NCBI GenBank assembly: GCA_964426755.1
Contig: CAYRRR010000002.1
Span: 1,459 to 65,458 of the forward strand
DNA length: 64,000 bases
Reading direction: 5' to 3'
From: an uncultured Candidatus Saccharibacteria bacterium
GTDB lineage: Bacteria > Patescibacteriota > Saccharimonadia > Saccharimonadales > JAGQNJ01
A program made the position numbers and the translations under genes. Positions 1 to 9,871 of this stretch are shown in pieces (the stretch's first letter is position 1; the number at the start of each line of letters is the position of its first letter). Under the pieces are notes generated by a model, which was not told the origin of the DNA, made no database searches, and saw only the letters and a list, made by a program, of their open reading frames with translations.

Positions 1-81
1 AATCTTTCAGGGTAAGTGTGGTGGCTTTGAAAAAAGCCCAGCTTATCTTGGCGGAAATATATTTTTAAGGAGGCTTTAGAC

Positions 82-1146
82 GTGTCTAAAACCGTAACAA
101 TGGATGACCTATTAGCGTCATCTGAAATTAAACAACTAAAAGCTGGTGACGTTATTGAAGGTACCGTTACCGACGTAAAAAAGAACGAGGTCTGGATTGA
201 TCTTGGTGCTAATGGCGTTGGCGTGGTACTACGCCGCGAAATTAGCGGTGCTCAAAGTCTGGAGAAAGGCAAGCAAGTAACTGTTAGCGTTCTGGAGCCA
301 GAGCTGGACGATGGTTATGTTCTTTTGAGCATGCGTAGGGCCGCTAAAGACCGAGGTTGGGATGAGCTCAAGCGCTTACAAGAAGAGCAAGAGATCATTG
401 AAATTTATCCTTATGATGCCAATCGCGGTGGTCTACTAATTGAGGCAGAAGGCATTCGTGGCTTCTTGCCTGTGTCGCAGTTAGCGGCTGGGCATTATCC
501 GCGCGTATCTGGCGCAGACAAAGATGAGATCCTGCAAAAACTTAACTCGCTCGTAAATAAACCGATTAAGGTGCGCGTGCTAGATGTTAGCAAGAAAGAC
601 AACAAGCTCATTGTGTCTGAGAAAGAGGCCGTGCGTGATGAATTGCAAGATCGTTTTGCAAAGTTGAAGGTTGGCGATGCCGTGAAAGGGGTCATTACAG
701 GTGTAATAGACTTCGGTGCCTTTGTAAATGTTGACGGGATCGAAGGGTTAATTCATATCTCTGAAATCTCATGGGAGCGTGTAGAGAATCCAAAAGACTA
801 CGTTAAGGTGGGGCAGAATATCGAGGCTAAAATTATTGCCATCGATAAAGACCGCTTGTCATTAAGCCTTAAGCAAATGAGTGAGGATCCATGGTTGCAC
901 GAAGTTAAAGCCTTTAAAAAGGATGACACGGTTGAAGGTAAGATTACACGAATTACACCTTTTGGTGCTTTCGTACAGCTTAGCCCTGCAGTTGAGGCCT
1001 TGGTGCATGTATCTGAAATGAGTAATGACGAAAGTGTTGATCCTGAAAAGCTCTTTCAGCTAAACGAGAAAAAGCAATTTAAGGTAATTGACATTGATGT
1101 TGAGGGTCGTAAAATTGCCCTTAGTCTTAAAGACGGTAAGAAGTAA
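82..1146 (+). CDS. rpsA: Ribosomal protein S1-like, four S1 RNA-binding domains
   Basis: GTG start with AAGGAGG RBS at 68-74. Four repeated S1-fold segments (e.g. GDVIEGTVTDV..., GDAVKGVITGVIDFGAFV). Sits upstream of infB. Confidence 0.8.
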   Translation: MSKTVTMDDLLASSEIKQLKAGDVIEGTVTDVKKNEVWIDLGANGVGVVLRREISGAQSLEKGKQVTVSVLEPELDDGYVLLSMRRAAKDRGWDELKRLQEEQEIIEIYPYDANRGGLLIEAEGIRGFLPVSQLAAGHYPRVSGADKDEILQKLNSLVNKPIKVRVLDVSKKDNKLIVSEKEAVRDELQDRFAKLKVGDAVKGVITGVIDFGAFVNVDGIEGLIHISEISWERVENPKDYVKVGQNIEAKIIAIDKDRLSLSLKQMSEDPWLHEVKAFKKDDTVEGKITRITPFGAFVQLSPAVEALVHVSEMSNDESVDPEKLFQLNEKKQFKVIDIDVEGRKIALSLKDGKK

Positions 1147-1194
1147 CATTAGATAGATATGTAGTAGACGTATCATAAGAAAGGAGCGTGGCAC

Positions 1195-2958
1195 ATGGCA
1201 ACAATAGAACTCGATGACATGATAACTGTCGGTGACCTCGCCGAAAAGCTTATGATACCAGTTACGAAGCTTATTGGTGAGCTCATGAAAAACGGTATCA
1301 TGGTGACCGTTAATGAGCGGATTGATTTTGAGACTGCCCAAATTATTACGGGCGAACTGGGGCTGGATGACGTTGAATTAGTGCAAAAGAAACAAGAGGA
1401 TACTCTTGGCAGCGCAAAACGCATGCGAAGCACGAGTGAAGCAGCAACCAGCAGACCACCAGTAGTGGCGGTTATGGGACATGTCGATCATGGAAAAACC
1501 TCTTTACTTGATGCGATTCGTGACGCTACGGTAGTTAATCAAGAAGCAGGCGGTATTACGCAACATATTTCTGCCTATCAGGTTGAACATGCAGATCGAA
1601 AAATAACCTTTTTAGATACACCAGGGCATGAGGCATTTGCAGCTCTCAGAGAGCATGGAGCTCAGTTAACCGATCTAGCAATTATCGTGGTGGCGGCTGA
1701 CGATGGTATTAAGCCGCAAACACTTGAAGCTATCCGTTTTGCGCAAAAAGCCGGCGTGAAAATGATTTTTGCGTTAAATAAGATGGATAAACCAGAAGCA
1801 AACCCCGACCGTGTTAAGCAACAATTGAGCGAACAAAATTTACTTCCTGAAGAGTGGGGCGGCGATACCATTATTGTGCCTGTTTCTGCAAAAAGTAGAG
1901 AGGGCATTCCTGAGCTACTTGATATGGTTCTGTTGGTAGCAGATGTCGAAGACTTAAAAGCGGATGTTGATAGACCGGCACAGGGCTTGGTGATTGAGTC
2001 TCACATGGAAAAGGGTCGTGGGCCCGTAGCAATTGCATTGGTTGAAACCGGAACGCTTAAAAATGGTGATTCGGTTGTGGTGGGTAATACCTATGGGAAG
2101 ATCCGCAATATTGAGTCAACGACCGGTACGCCTCTACATGAAGCAGGGCCATCAACGCCGGTAGTTTTAACTGGCTTTCGGACTTTGCCTGAATTTGGCG
2201 ATGAATTTATAGCGGTAGAGAATGAAAAAGTGGCAAAAAAAACCGCTGAAGATAGGGTGCGTAGTTCTAGCAATTCTTCAAAGATGAATGTAAGTACCAG
2301 TCATGAGTTGCTGCGTATGATAAACCGTAATATTCAAGTTTCAGAATTTAATGTAATCGTCAAAGCAGACGTACAAGGTTCGTTAACATCGGTCGTGGAC
2401 AGTTTAAAGACCCTCGAAAATGAAGAAGTTAGTGTGCGTATTGTCGGCAGTGGCGTTGGCAACATTACTGAAAATGATCTCCAGTTAGCGAGCACCACCG
2501 GTGCAGTAATTTATGGATTTAACGTTACGTTTGCCAATGGTTTGCGTCAGTATGCGGCACGCGACCATATCCAGGTGCGATTATATAAAATAATTTATGA
2601 ACTTATTGATGACGTAAAGCAGGAACTCACTAAACTACTCTCTCCTGAGGTAACCGAGGCTGAACAGGGCCGCTTGGTAGTTAAGGGTGTATTCAAAACC
2701 ACTAAAACAGAGGTTATCTGTGGCGGTGAGGTCACTAAAGGAAAGCTAATTGTCCCGGCGCTAGCTAGAATTGAGCGTGATGGTGAGCAACTAGCTGAAG
2801 CTGAGGTAGTAGGTCTCAAGCGTGGACCGCAGGATGTAAAAGAAGTACAGACCGGTGAGATGTGCGGTGTGCTTTTAAAGACATCTGAAAAGCTCGAACT
2901 ACAAGAGGGCGATCGTATTGAAGTTTACACTCGTCAAGAGGTTACTCGAACGCTCTAG
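1195..2958 (+). CDS. infB: Translation initiation factor IF-2
   Basis: G1 P-loop GHVDHGKTSLLD, DTPGHEAF and NKMD GTPase motifs. AAGGAG RBS upstream. Confidence 0.93.
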   Translation: MATIELDDMITVGDLAEKLMIPVTKLIGELMKNGIMVTVNERIDFETAQIITGELGLDDVELVQKKQEDTLGSAKRMRSTSEAATSRPPVVAVMGHVDHGKTSLLDAIRDATVVNQEAGGITQHISAYQVEHADRKITFLDTPGHEAFAALREHGAQLTDLAIIVVAADDGIKPQTLEAIRFAQKAGVKMIFALNKMDKPEANPDRVKQQLSEQNLLPEEWGGDTIIVPVSAKSREGIPELLDMVLLVADVEDLKADVDRPAQGLVIESHMEKGRGPVAIALVETGTLKNGDSVVVGNTYGKIRNIESTTGTPLHEAGPSTPVVLTGFRTLPEFGDEFIAVENEKVAKKTAEDRVRSSSNSSKMNVSTSHELLRMINRNIQVSEFNVIVKADVQGSLTSVVDSLKTLENEEVSVRIVGSGVGNITENDLQLASTTGAVIYGFNVTFANGLRQYAARDHIQVRLYKIIYELIDDVKQELTKLLSPEVTEAEQGRLVVKGVFKTTKTEVICGGEVTKGKLIVPALARIERDGEQLAEAEVVGLKRGPQDVKEVQTGEMCGVLLKTSEKLELQEGDRIEVYTRQEVTRTL

Positions 2959-2982
2959 GATACCCATAACGACGGTACGCGT

Positions 2983-4377
2983 ATGGAAGATAAAAGTCCG
3001 TTTATACCCCAAGAAGCAAAATTTTCAGCTCTTGAAAATTTGGATGATGACGCACAAGCACCAGAAAAGAAAGACAAAAAGAAAAAAAGTCGATTGTCTG
3101 AATGGTTGTCTAAGTTTTTACGACCCAGGGTCGATGAAGACACATCGCCAGAGGCTGACAAAAAACGAGAAAAAACATGGCGAGTAACAGAAGCATTTAA
3201 AAACCTATTCAGCCGTGCCACTGGGGTTGAAACAGACGAGCTGCCAGAAGGTGACTCGCCTGAACCCGAGCGCAGTCTTGCTGGTGAACGATCGCTTTAT
3301 TTTCCATTGACGACCGAGCTATTGCCGAAGCCGGTTGGCGAGGCGCAGTTGTCTTATGACAAGCCGGCAGAGACTGAGTACCAAGCGTCGGAGTCGGCAA
3401 CGAAAGACGAAATACCTCTGTACGATGGCAGCGTTGAAGTTCCACAAGACAATAGTGAGGCTGATAATCCTGACAATGTGACAATCGAGCACAAACCAGA
3501 TCGCATATCTGATCAAACAAAACCCATTAGTACTATAGAGTCAACGCCACTGCGAGAACAGCAAGTGTTTACGCCGCATAGACATGAATCGCAACCAAGA
3601 GCAGAAAAAGAAGTAGTTGTTGAACGCGGTGGCGGCGGGGGTGCGGCTCTGCTCGGTTTTGTTGCCGCGGAAACACTAAGTCGTTCACGTGATGCAAAAA
3701 TTCGACGAGAAGCAGAAGTATTAAAGAAACAAGTCGACCAGTTGGAAAAGAATCAAACCTTTCAATCGCATGAATTAAATGAGGTACGAGACAAAAACCG
3801 TGAGCAAGTTGAGGCATTGCGTGAGCGTCGGCTTGACTCTAGGAGTGAACGTGAAACGATCATTAATCATAATAAACGTGAAGAGACTCTTACGCAGCCT
3901 ACGCAAGCACGTGAGACAGTGGTATTCGAACGAGCTGAACGTGATGATGTCCAACAAAACGAGTCAGCAAAAAGACAGCCAGAACACCGAGGATCTATAG
4001 CTAAAGTCCGTACAGAAGCTGTTCCTGAATCGAGGCCGCATCCAAAAAGTGAAGAGCTCGTATTCGATCAGATCGAACAGGCAGCCGAGCGAGATATTCC
4101 GCTTGAGTCCTATTATGAACGCCGGCATGAAGCAAAGGACGTTCCTACGTCACCACATGTAGCTCCAGCAATGTCAGATGGTGGATATCTTGCCGGAGCA
4201 ACCAACGTGCCTGATCGATCTGACGCTGTTCTATCGGAAACCAAACACGCACTCAGCCCTTCTTCTCGTTCGCAAGCTAATGATCTTTATGTGCAAGCAG
4301 CCAAGCAGGGCGTATTTGCCGGCCTGATAGCTATTGTTAGTTTTCTGATAATAGTGTTTATTTGGAGTTTGCGATGA
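2983..4377 (+). CDS. Hypothetical highly charged, low-complexity protein with a C-terminal transmembrane anchor
   Basis: Long acidic/basic low-complexity sequence with a coiled-coil-like stretch (KQVDQLEKNQ...) and a terminal hydrophobic helix GVFAGLIAIVSFLIIVFIWSL. No recognisable catalytic motif. Confidence 0.5.
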   Translation: MEDKSPFIPQEAKFSALENLDDDAQAPEKKDKKKKSRLSEWLSKFLRPRVDEDTSPEADKKREKTWRVTEAFKNLFSRATGVETDELPEGDSPEPERSLAGERSLYFPLTTELLPKPVGEAQLSYDKPAETEYQASESATKDEIPLYDGSVEVPQDNSEADNPDNVTIEHKPDRISDQTKPISTIESTPLREQQVFTPHRHESQPRAEKEVVVERGGGGGAALLGFVAAETLSRSRDAKIRREAEVLKKQVDQLEKNQTFQSHELNEVRDKNREQVEALRERRLDSRSERETIINHNKREETLTQPTQARETVVFERAERDDVQQNESAKRQPEHRGSIAKVRTEAVPESRPHPKSEELVFDQIEQAAERDIPLESYYERRHEAKDVPTSPHVAPAMSDGGYLAGATNVPDRSDAVLSETKHALSPSSRSQANDLYVQAAKQGVFAGLIAIVSFLIIVFIWSLR

Positions 4378-4417
4378 AGTTAGTAAGATTGATACAATAA
4401 GACGCAAGGGAGAATAA

Positions 4418-4792
4418 ATGTTTAAACTGGATAATAATTTTTTAATAGAACTTGGCCTTGGTGACCTACCGCCGCATGAGAAAAACCTTATGCTACGCCA
4501 TATCTATGATGTACTAGAATTAAACGTAGGGACACGGTTGGCAGAAAAAATGAGCAACCAACAATTAGAAGAATTTGAGCAACTTATGCCCGCGCAAACT
4601 GATACGAACGAACAAAAACAACAAAAAGAAAAAGCCGCTCTTGGCTGGCTTGAAACTAACTTCCCAAATTATAAGCAAATAGTTGCCGATGAATTAGAAA
4701 AGCTTAAAAATGAAATTAAACAGGCGGCACCACAGATTTTAGCAGCTAGCCAACAATCTCAAGAACAGGCCCCGCCCGCACCAACTGTCTAG
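4418..4792 (+). CDS. Hypothetical small protein
   Basis: 124-aa ORF with a GGAGA RBS. Q/E-rich C-terminus. No motif recognised. Confidence 0.45.
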   Translation: MFKLDNNFLIELGLGDLPPHEKNLMLRHIYDVLELNVGTRLAEKMSNQQLEEFEQLMPAQTDTNEQKQQKEKAALGWLETNFPNYKQIVADELEKLKNEIKQAAPQILAASQQSQEQAPPAPTV

Positions 4793-5721
4793 GGCTTTTT
4801 ATTATAATAGCCGCTCAGAAATGCTTTGATAGTCATCTCTTTTTTGCCGGCCGGTTTAAGTTTCTCAATACGCAGTGATCCATTTGAGGTCGCGACTGAC
4901 AGTGAAGCTGCTTCAGGTGTAACCGTTACATCGCCCGGAGCATCATCAGTGCTAATATTTGGGACAGTGTGTGCTTTGGTAATAATGACATCTTTGCCAA
5001 ATAAAGTTGTGCGACTGCCTGGCCAGTCAAGGTACGCACGTATCTCGCGTTCAATTTGTTCTGCAGGTTTATGCCAATCAATAATGCCGTCTTGCTTTGT
5101 TAGTTTTCTTGAATAAGTTGCTCTGTCTGGGTGCGGTTGCTGCCTAGGCTTGACCTCGCCTTTTATATATCTCGGTACATATTCGGCTAATAACTGGTGA
5201 CTGAGTATGATTAGCAGCTTGGTTAGTTCGGGCGTAGTGATTGATGCCGGCATAGCAAGAGTTTTTTGGGCAATAAGCTTGCCGGTATCCATACCGGCAT
5301 CAATAATCATTAAGCTTACACCGGTTTTAGTATCACCTGATAAAATTGCAAAGCTAATCGGATCGGCGCCGCGCCATCGAGGTAGAAGTGAAAAATGACT
5401 ATTAATAATTCCAAGTTCAAAATAATTAATGACTTTCTGACTGACAATAATGCCAAAATCAATTAAAATTGCCACTTCGCTCTTTAGCTGTCGGCTATCA
5501 ATCAAGTTATCAAGCTCGGCTTTATTTTGAGCCGTAAATGTTGGTAGCTGGAGCTGCTCGGCAGTTTCAATAACTGGTACTGAGCCTTTGTGATGTGAAG
5601 GGCGCGGTTTTGTTATCACTGCTTCGATAGAAAAATCAGCAGCTAGGAGCCGCAGCGACTCAGCGGCAACCGGTCCGCTACCAAAGAATACTATTGGCTT
5701 TGATATCTTTTTCATAATCAA
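4789..5721 (-). CDS. fmt: Methionyl-tRNA formyltransferase
   Basis: N-terminal VFFGSGPVAAESL, formyltransferase core (HFSLLPRWRGADPI) and a C-terminal Fmt domain. Overlaps the def stop, the typical def-fmt operon arrangement. Confidence 0.88.
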   Translation of the reverse strand: MIMKKISKPIVFFGSGPVAAESLRLLAADFSIEAVITKPRPSHHKGSVPVIETAEQLQLPTFTAQNKAELDNLIDSRQLKSEVAILIDFGIIVSQKVINYFELGIINSHFSLLPRWRGADPISFAILSGDTKTGVSLMIIDAGMDTGKLIAQKTLAMPASITTPELTKLLIILSHQLLAEYVPRYIKGEVKPRQQPHPDRATYSRKLTKQDGIIDWHKPAEQIEREIRAYLDWPGSRTTLFGKDVIITKAHTVPNISTDDAPGDVTVTPEAASLSVATSNGSLRIEKLKPAGKKEMTIKAFLSGYYNKKP

Positions 5722-6247
5722 GTTGGCTTAGCTCTCCGTTCGCTTCAAGTTTAAAGAAAGCATCAGATTTAGTCTTAATATGATCGATAAATAGCATGCC
5801 CTTTGTATGGTCAATTTCATGCTGAAAAATACGAGCCAAGAAACCTTCGGCTGTAATTCTAAATTCTTTGCCGTGTTCGTTCAGAGCCTTTACTTTTACC
5901 TTTGCGTAGCGGGGTACTTTGCCGTAAATATCTTTTATGCTTAAGCAGCCTTCAAAGTCTTCAATAATTTTACCCTCATATTTAGTAATTTCAGGATTTA
6001 TAAAGACGATAAAATTTCGGTTATCTTTATGCTCAGTATCTTCACGTATGATAACGATACGGAGAAGTTGATCAATTTGAACACCGGCCAAAGCTACGCC
6101 AACTTCATGTTCTCGTGCATCTTCCCAGTCTAGGGTGGTTTGCTTCATGTCCTCGATAATTTGCTTAATATCACTCGAAATGATACCTACTTTTTGTGAA
6201 CGTTGACGCAAGTGTTCATGGGGCAGGGTGATTAATTTAGATTTCAT
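5678..6247 (-). CDS. def: Peptide deformylase
   Basis: PDF motifs GVALAGVQI, EGCLSI and HEIDH. Confidence 0.9.
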   Translation of the reverse strand: MKSKLITLPHEHLRQRSQKVGIISSDIKQIIEDMKQTTLDWEDAREHEVGVALAGVQIDQLLRIVIIREDTEHKDNRNFIVFINPEITKYEGKIIEDFEGCLSIKDIYGKVPRYAKVKVKALNEHGKEFRITAEGFLARIFQHEIDHTKGMLFIDHIKTKSDAFFKLEANGELSQLDYEKDIKANSILW

Positions 6248-6279
6248 TGCTTCGGCATATTATAGACTATAATGGTCTT

Positions 6280-8220
6280 TTATAACAGATGAGTAGGATC
6301 GATATCGTGTCTCCATCCGCTTGGCAGACTGCTAGCAATGGCAAGTAAGGAAGAGCGGTATGGTGATTTTACTACTAGCTGCCATCGGTAATTACCTTTA
6401 TGCTGTTCGTAGAATGAAGGTGTGGGCCCCAGAATAGAGATGTGCTCTCTCGAGAGAAGCTGAGCCTTAAGCGCGGTAGCAGCTCTTTGTGCTGCAGCGC
6501 GACTTTTTCTCGTAACTTCTAATTTGAGGAGGAAGCTAAACGGCGGAAAGCCATGTGTTTTACGGTGTGCGATTTGATCACTATAGAAATCATCCCAATT
6601 TTTATTGATTGCTTGTTGAATAAGTCGGCTATCAGGATCCAGAGTTTGAATGATAATACGACCATGAACGTGGCCACGGCCTACTCGGCCGATAGCTTGA
6701 CTGATTAGCTGGTAGGTGCGTTCCTCGGCTGTAAAATCAGGGAAGGAGAGGCTGGTGTCGGCGTCAGTAACCCCTACTAAACCCAAGCGGGGAATATCGA
6801 AGCCTTTGACCAAAATTTGTGTGCCAATTATGATATCGATTTTTCCGTCTTTAATGCGTTCAACTTGTTTGTCTAGTCGCTCGCTGGTTAGGTTATCACC
6901 GTCAAAACGGGCAATAGTTGCATTTTCAAACAGGTGCCTACATTCTTTCTCGAGTGCCTTTGTACCAGGTCCTAAAAACAATATGTCAGTATACGAGCAT
7001 TCAGGACAAGCGCTCGGCGCATTCGTTTTATATCCGCAGGTGTGACAGCGGAGCAAAAAGGTATCTTCATGGAGTGTAAGAGGCAAGTCACAGTGAGGGC
7101 ACCGTGCTCTCCAGCCACAATTGGGGCACATAATGATTCGGGCGCTTCCACGACGATTAAGAAATAAGAGTGATTGTTGCTTCGCTGTCAATTGTTCTCG
7201 TATGGCTTCAATCAGCGTATTGCTGAGGGCGCTCGATTGAGAGAACTCTTTTTTATCTAACCTGTTAACGATAGAAGTTTCGGTTTGGAGGGAAGCCTGC
7301 GTAATGGCACGTTCTGTTAAGCGAAGGATGGGGATGTCTTTTTGGTTTGCAATATATATATCGCTAATTTGGGGTGTGGCTGATCCAAAAATGACGCGAG
7401 CGTTGTGCAAAAACCCTAAGCGAGAAGCCACCCGCAATGCGTGGTACTGGGGTGCATTATCTTGTTTGTAGCTGTCGTCGTGACACTCGTCAACGATTAT
7501 GCAACCGAGGTTTTTAAACGGAGCAAAGAGTGCAGAACGAGGCCCAATTATAATCTGAGGAAGCGGGTTTTCTAAGATTTCTTGCCAGACGGCACGTCGT
7601 TGGGCGGGAGTTAAGCCGGAATGAATTACTTTAAGAGTTGAGGGACTAAAGGCAACTGATAAATCGGTTAATAAATGTGTTGTGAGTCCAATTTCGGGTA
7701 CCAGAACAAGTCCTGATTTATTGCGTCGTAAAGCATGTTGGAGCAACTCGATATAAATACGTGTTTTGCCGGTTGCGGTGTCACCGTGAAGAATGGTGGT
7801 ACCTTCGTGTTGCAAAATTGTATCGACAGCTTGTTGTTGCTTATTTGTAAGCGAGGGCAGCGGCTGGCTTGATTTTGCCGTATGCGTAATAGCTTGAGTC
7901 CGGGGTTTGGCTGGCCAATTAGATGGTAAAAATAACTGGGAAATACTTCCCGAGCTGGCCGGATAATAGCTGTTCATCCAATCAAGTAATCGCAAGCTTT
8001 CTAACGGCAGCTTACGATCAGCGCTAATTACCGCTTCAATTGGCTTGAGTGATATGCCTTTTGGCGCGGGGGCAGTCCGTTTAATCACACCAATTACATC
8101 ACGACGTCGTAAATTTATGCGGACAATACTACCCGGTAAGAGTACTTCAGGTGATGTATAGGTAAGGGGTGTTTTACCGTGGTAGGCGGTACTTCGTACC
8201 CAAACTTCATAGGTGTGCAT
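6280..8220 (-). CDS. priA: Primosomal protein N' (replication restart helicase)
   Basis: DECH helicase motifs (TGKTRIY, DECHD) and a Cys-rich zinc-binding insert (CPNCGWRARCPHCDLPLTLH...CHTCGY...CPEC). Start chosen at MHTYEVWV; a TATAAT sits 8 nt upstream on the minus strand. Confidence 0.85.
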   Translation of the reverse strand: MHTYEVWVRSTAYHGKTPLTYTSPEVLLPGSIVRINLRRRDVIGVIKRTAPAPKGISLKPIEAVISADRKLPLESLRLLDWMNSYYPASSGSISQLFLPSNWPAKPRTQAITHTAKSSQPLPSLTNKQQQAVDTILQHEGTTILHGDTATGKTRIYIELLQHALRRNKSGLVLVPEIGLTTHLLTDLSVAFSPSTLKVIHSGLTPAQRRAVWQEILENPLPQIIIGPRSALFAPFKNLGCIIVDECHDDSYKQDNAPQYHALRVASRLGFLHNARVIFGSATPQISDIYIANQKDIPILRLTERAITQASLQTETSIVNRLDKKEFSQSSALSNTLIEAIREQLTAKQQSLLFLNRRGSARIIMCPNCGWRARCPHCDLPLTLHEDTFLLRCHTCGYKTNAPSACPECSYTDILFLGPGTKALEKECRHLFENATIARFDGDNLTSERLDKQVERIKDGKIDIIIGTQILVKGFDIPRLGLVGVTDADTSLSFPDFTAEERTYQLISQAIGRVGRGHVHGRIIIQTLDPDSRLIQQAINKNWDDFYSDQIAHRKTHGFPPFSFLLKLEVTRKSRAAAQRAATALKAQLLSREHISILGPTPSFYEQHKGNYRWQLVVKSPYRSSLLAIASSLPSGWRHDIDPTHLL

Positions 8221-8311
8221 AGTAGCTATTATAAGAGACAATGACACAAAAGGTTGAAAAACTAGCACAAGTCGCTATACTACATATACAGCGTTGTTCT
8301 AATAACAATAG

Positions 8312-8614
8312 ATGCTTATGCTAGATACATTTATCACATCACGAGTGAGGAGGAAGATCGTAGTCGTGTACGCTAAGTACCCTGACTTTAAAACTCACGT
8401 TCGTGGTCTTGCCAAATTAATTAAAGAAGATGCTGGTAATATTCAGCGCGAGCTTAAAAAATTAGAAAAGATAGGCTTTTTAATTTCTGAAAAACAAGGC
8501 AACACGAAAACGTATTATACGAACAAGCACTTCATAATCTTTAAAGAACTCCAAAGTATCGTGTTGAAATCACAGCGCGTAAGCCAAACCCGTAAGAACG
8601 AAGCAAGTCGCTAA
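8312..8614 (+). CDS. Small winged-helix-like putative DNA-binding protein
   Basis: 100-aa basic protein. The pattern LAKLIKEDAGNIQRELKKLEKIGFL resembles wHTH regulators. Weak support. Confidence 0.35.
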   Translation: MLMLDTFITSRVRRKIVVVYAKYPDFKTHVRGLAKLIKEDAGNIQRELKKLEKIGFLISEKQGNTKTYYTNKHFIIFKELQSIVLKSQRVSQTRKNEASR

Positions 8615-8615
8615 T

Positions 8616-8644
8616 TTGCAATATTTCATCTGTTAGAGTACAAT
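8616..8644 (+). promoter_or_regulatory. Promoter driving leaderless rpsU
   Basis: TTGCAA, 17-nt spacer, TACAAT, then 7 nt to the ATG at 8652. No SD. Confidence 0.5.
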
Positions 8645-8651
8645 ATATCGC

Positions 8652-8867
8652 ATGATTCAAGTTACACGTAAAGATGCCAAAGAATCGGCAGAAAACCTAC
8701 TTCGCCGTTTCACCCGTAAGGTTCAGCAATCGGGTGTCATGGCGGTTGCCAAAAAAAATCAATATTTTGAAAAACCTATGAGTAAAAGTGAGCGCCGCAG
8801 GCGAGCAATTATTCGCAACGAGCGTAAGAACCTAAAAGTTAAGCGCGTAAAATTAAGCCAGCGGTAA
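8652..8867 (+). CDS. rpsU: Ribosomal protein S21
   Basis: MIQVTRKDAKESAENLLRRFTRK...KPMSKSERRRR is a typical bS21 sequence. Confidence 0.88.
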   Translation: MIQVTRKDAKESAENLLRRFTRKVQQSGVMAVAKKNQYFEKPMSKSERRRRAIIRNERKNLKVKRVKLSQR

Positions 8868-9328
8868 TGGGTTTAAAAAGCCAAATAGATCATGATCTCA
8901 AACAAGCTTTACTGGGTGGAGATAAATTAAAAGCAAACACGCTCCGTGGTCTTAAGAGCGCTATTTTAAATGAGGAGATCGCTCGAGGGGTTCGAGAGCC
9001 TGGACTCGATGAAGACAGTATAATCCTCTGCCTTAAAAAAGAGGTGAAAAAACGACAAGAAGCTGCTTTGCTTTATGAAAAGGCCGGCTCAATTGATCGG
9101 GCGCAGCAAGAGCAGACCGAGCAGCGCATTATTGAGGAATATCTGCCGGCTGCTTTATCAGATGATGAAATTACTCGCTTAGTGAATGAGGCTATAGCGC
9201 GTCAAGAAACCCTAACAGCTGCTTCAATGGGTGCTATTATTGGTTATGTAAAAAAGGCTGCCGGTCCGGCGGCTGATGGCGCTATCATTGCTCGTATCGC
9301 CAAAGAGAAATTACAGGAGAAGTTGTAA
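8867..9328 (+). CDS. GatB/YqeY domain protein
   Basis: YqeY-family sequence pattern (LKQALLGGDKLKANTLRGLKSAI...). It follows rpsU, as in many bacteria. Confidence 0.7.
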   Translation: MGLKSQIDHDLKQALLGGDKLKANTLRGLKSAILNEEIARGVREPGLDEDSIILCLKKEVKKRQEAALLYEKAGSIDRAQQEQTEQRIIEEYLPAALSDDEITRLVNEAIARQETLTAASMGAIIGYVKKAAGPAADGAIIARIAKEKLQEKL

Positions 9329-9329
9329 G

Positions 9330-9869
9330 ATGATTATTTTTGCGGGAGTAGCAGGATCAGGTAAAAGCTTGCAAGGCAAGCTATTGGCCGATCGTCTAGG
9401 GCTGCCTTGGCTTTCTACCGGTGAATTCTTACGTATGCTTATAACTGGCAAGCGTCGTCAAGATATGCTTGACGGAAAGTTATTGAGTGACCGCGAAACA
9501 ATAGAGTTGGTACAGAAAATCTTTACCCTTATCGACACAAAAAAAGAATTTGTGTTGGATGGTTTTCCACGTACCGAAGCACAAGCTGATTGGCTATTGA
9601 GTCAAGTTAAGCACGGGCAGCTTGCAATAACAGGAATTATACACTTACAGGCCAGTCAGACCGCTGTTAAAAAACGTTTACTATCTCGCGGAAGACAAGA
9701 TGATACAGAAAAAGCAATCACGGCACGCTTTCAAGAGTATGAGCATGCAATAAAGCCAATCCTTGAAGATTTTAATAAGGTCGGTATACCTGTACATGAA
9801 ATCAATGGTCAACAGTCAATTGAAGCAGTCCATAATGATATAAAACGTGCTTTAGCTCAGAAATCATAG
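9330..9869 (+). CDS. adk: Adenylate kinase-like nucleoside monophosphate kinase (short form)
   Basis: P-loop GVAGSGKS and VLDGFPRTEAQ motifs. ATG at 9330 with a CAGGAGAAG RBS. The ORF-track extension from 9276 was rejected because it overlaps yqeY. Confidence 0.75.
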   Translation: MIIFAGVAGSGKSLQGKLLADRLGLPWLSTGEFLRMLITGKRRQDMLDGKLLSDRETIELVQKIFTLIDTKKEFVLDGFPRTEAQADWLLSQVKHGQLAITGIIHLQASQTAVKKRLLSRGRQDDTEKAITARFQEYEHAIKPILEDFNKVGIPVHEINGQQSIEAVHNDIKRALAQKS

Positions 9870-9871
9870 CT

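Noticed and set aside
9276-9329. Upstream extension of adk from the ORF track
   Set aside because: The extension overlaps the 3' end of yqeY and has no RBS. ATG 9330 directly follows CAGGAGAAG and the yqeY TAA.
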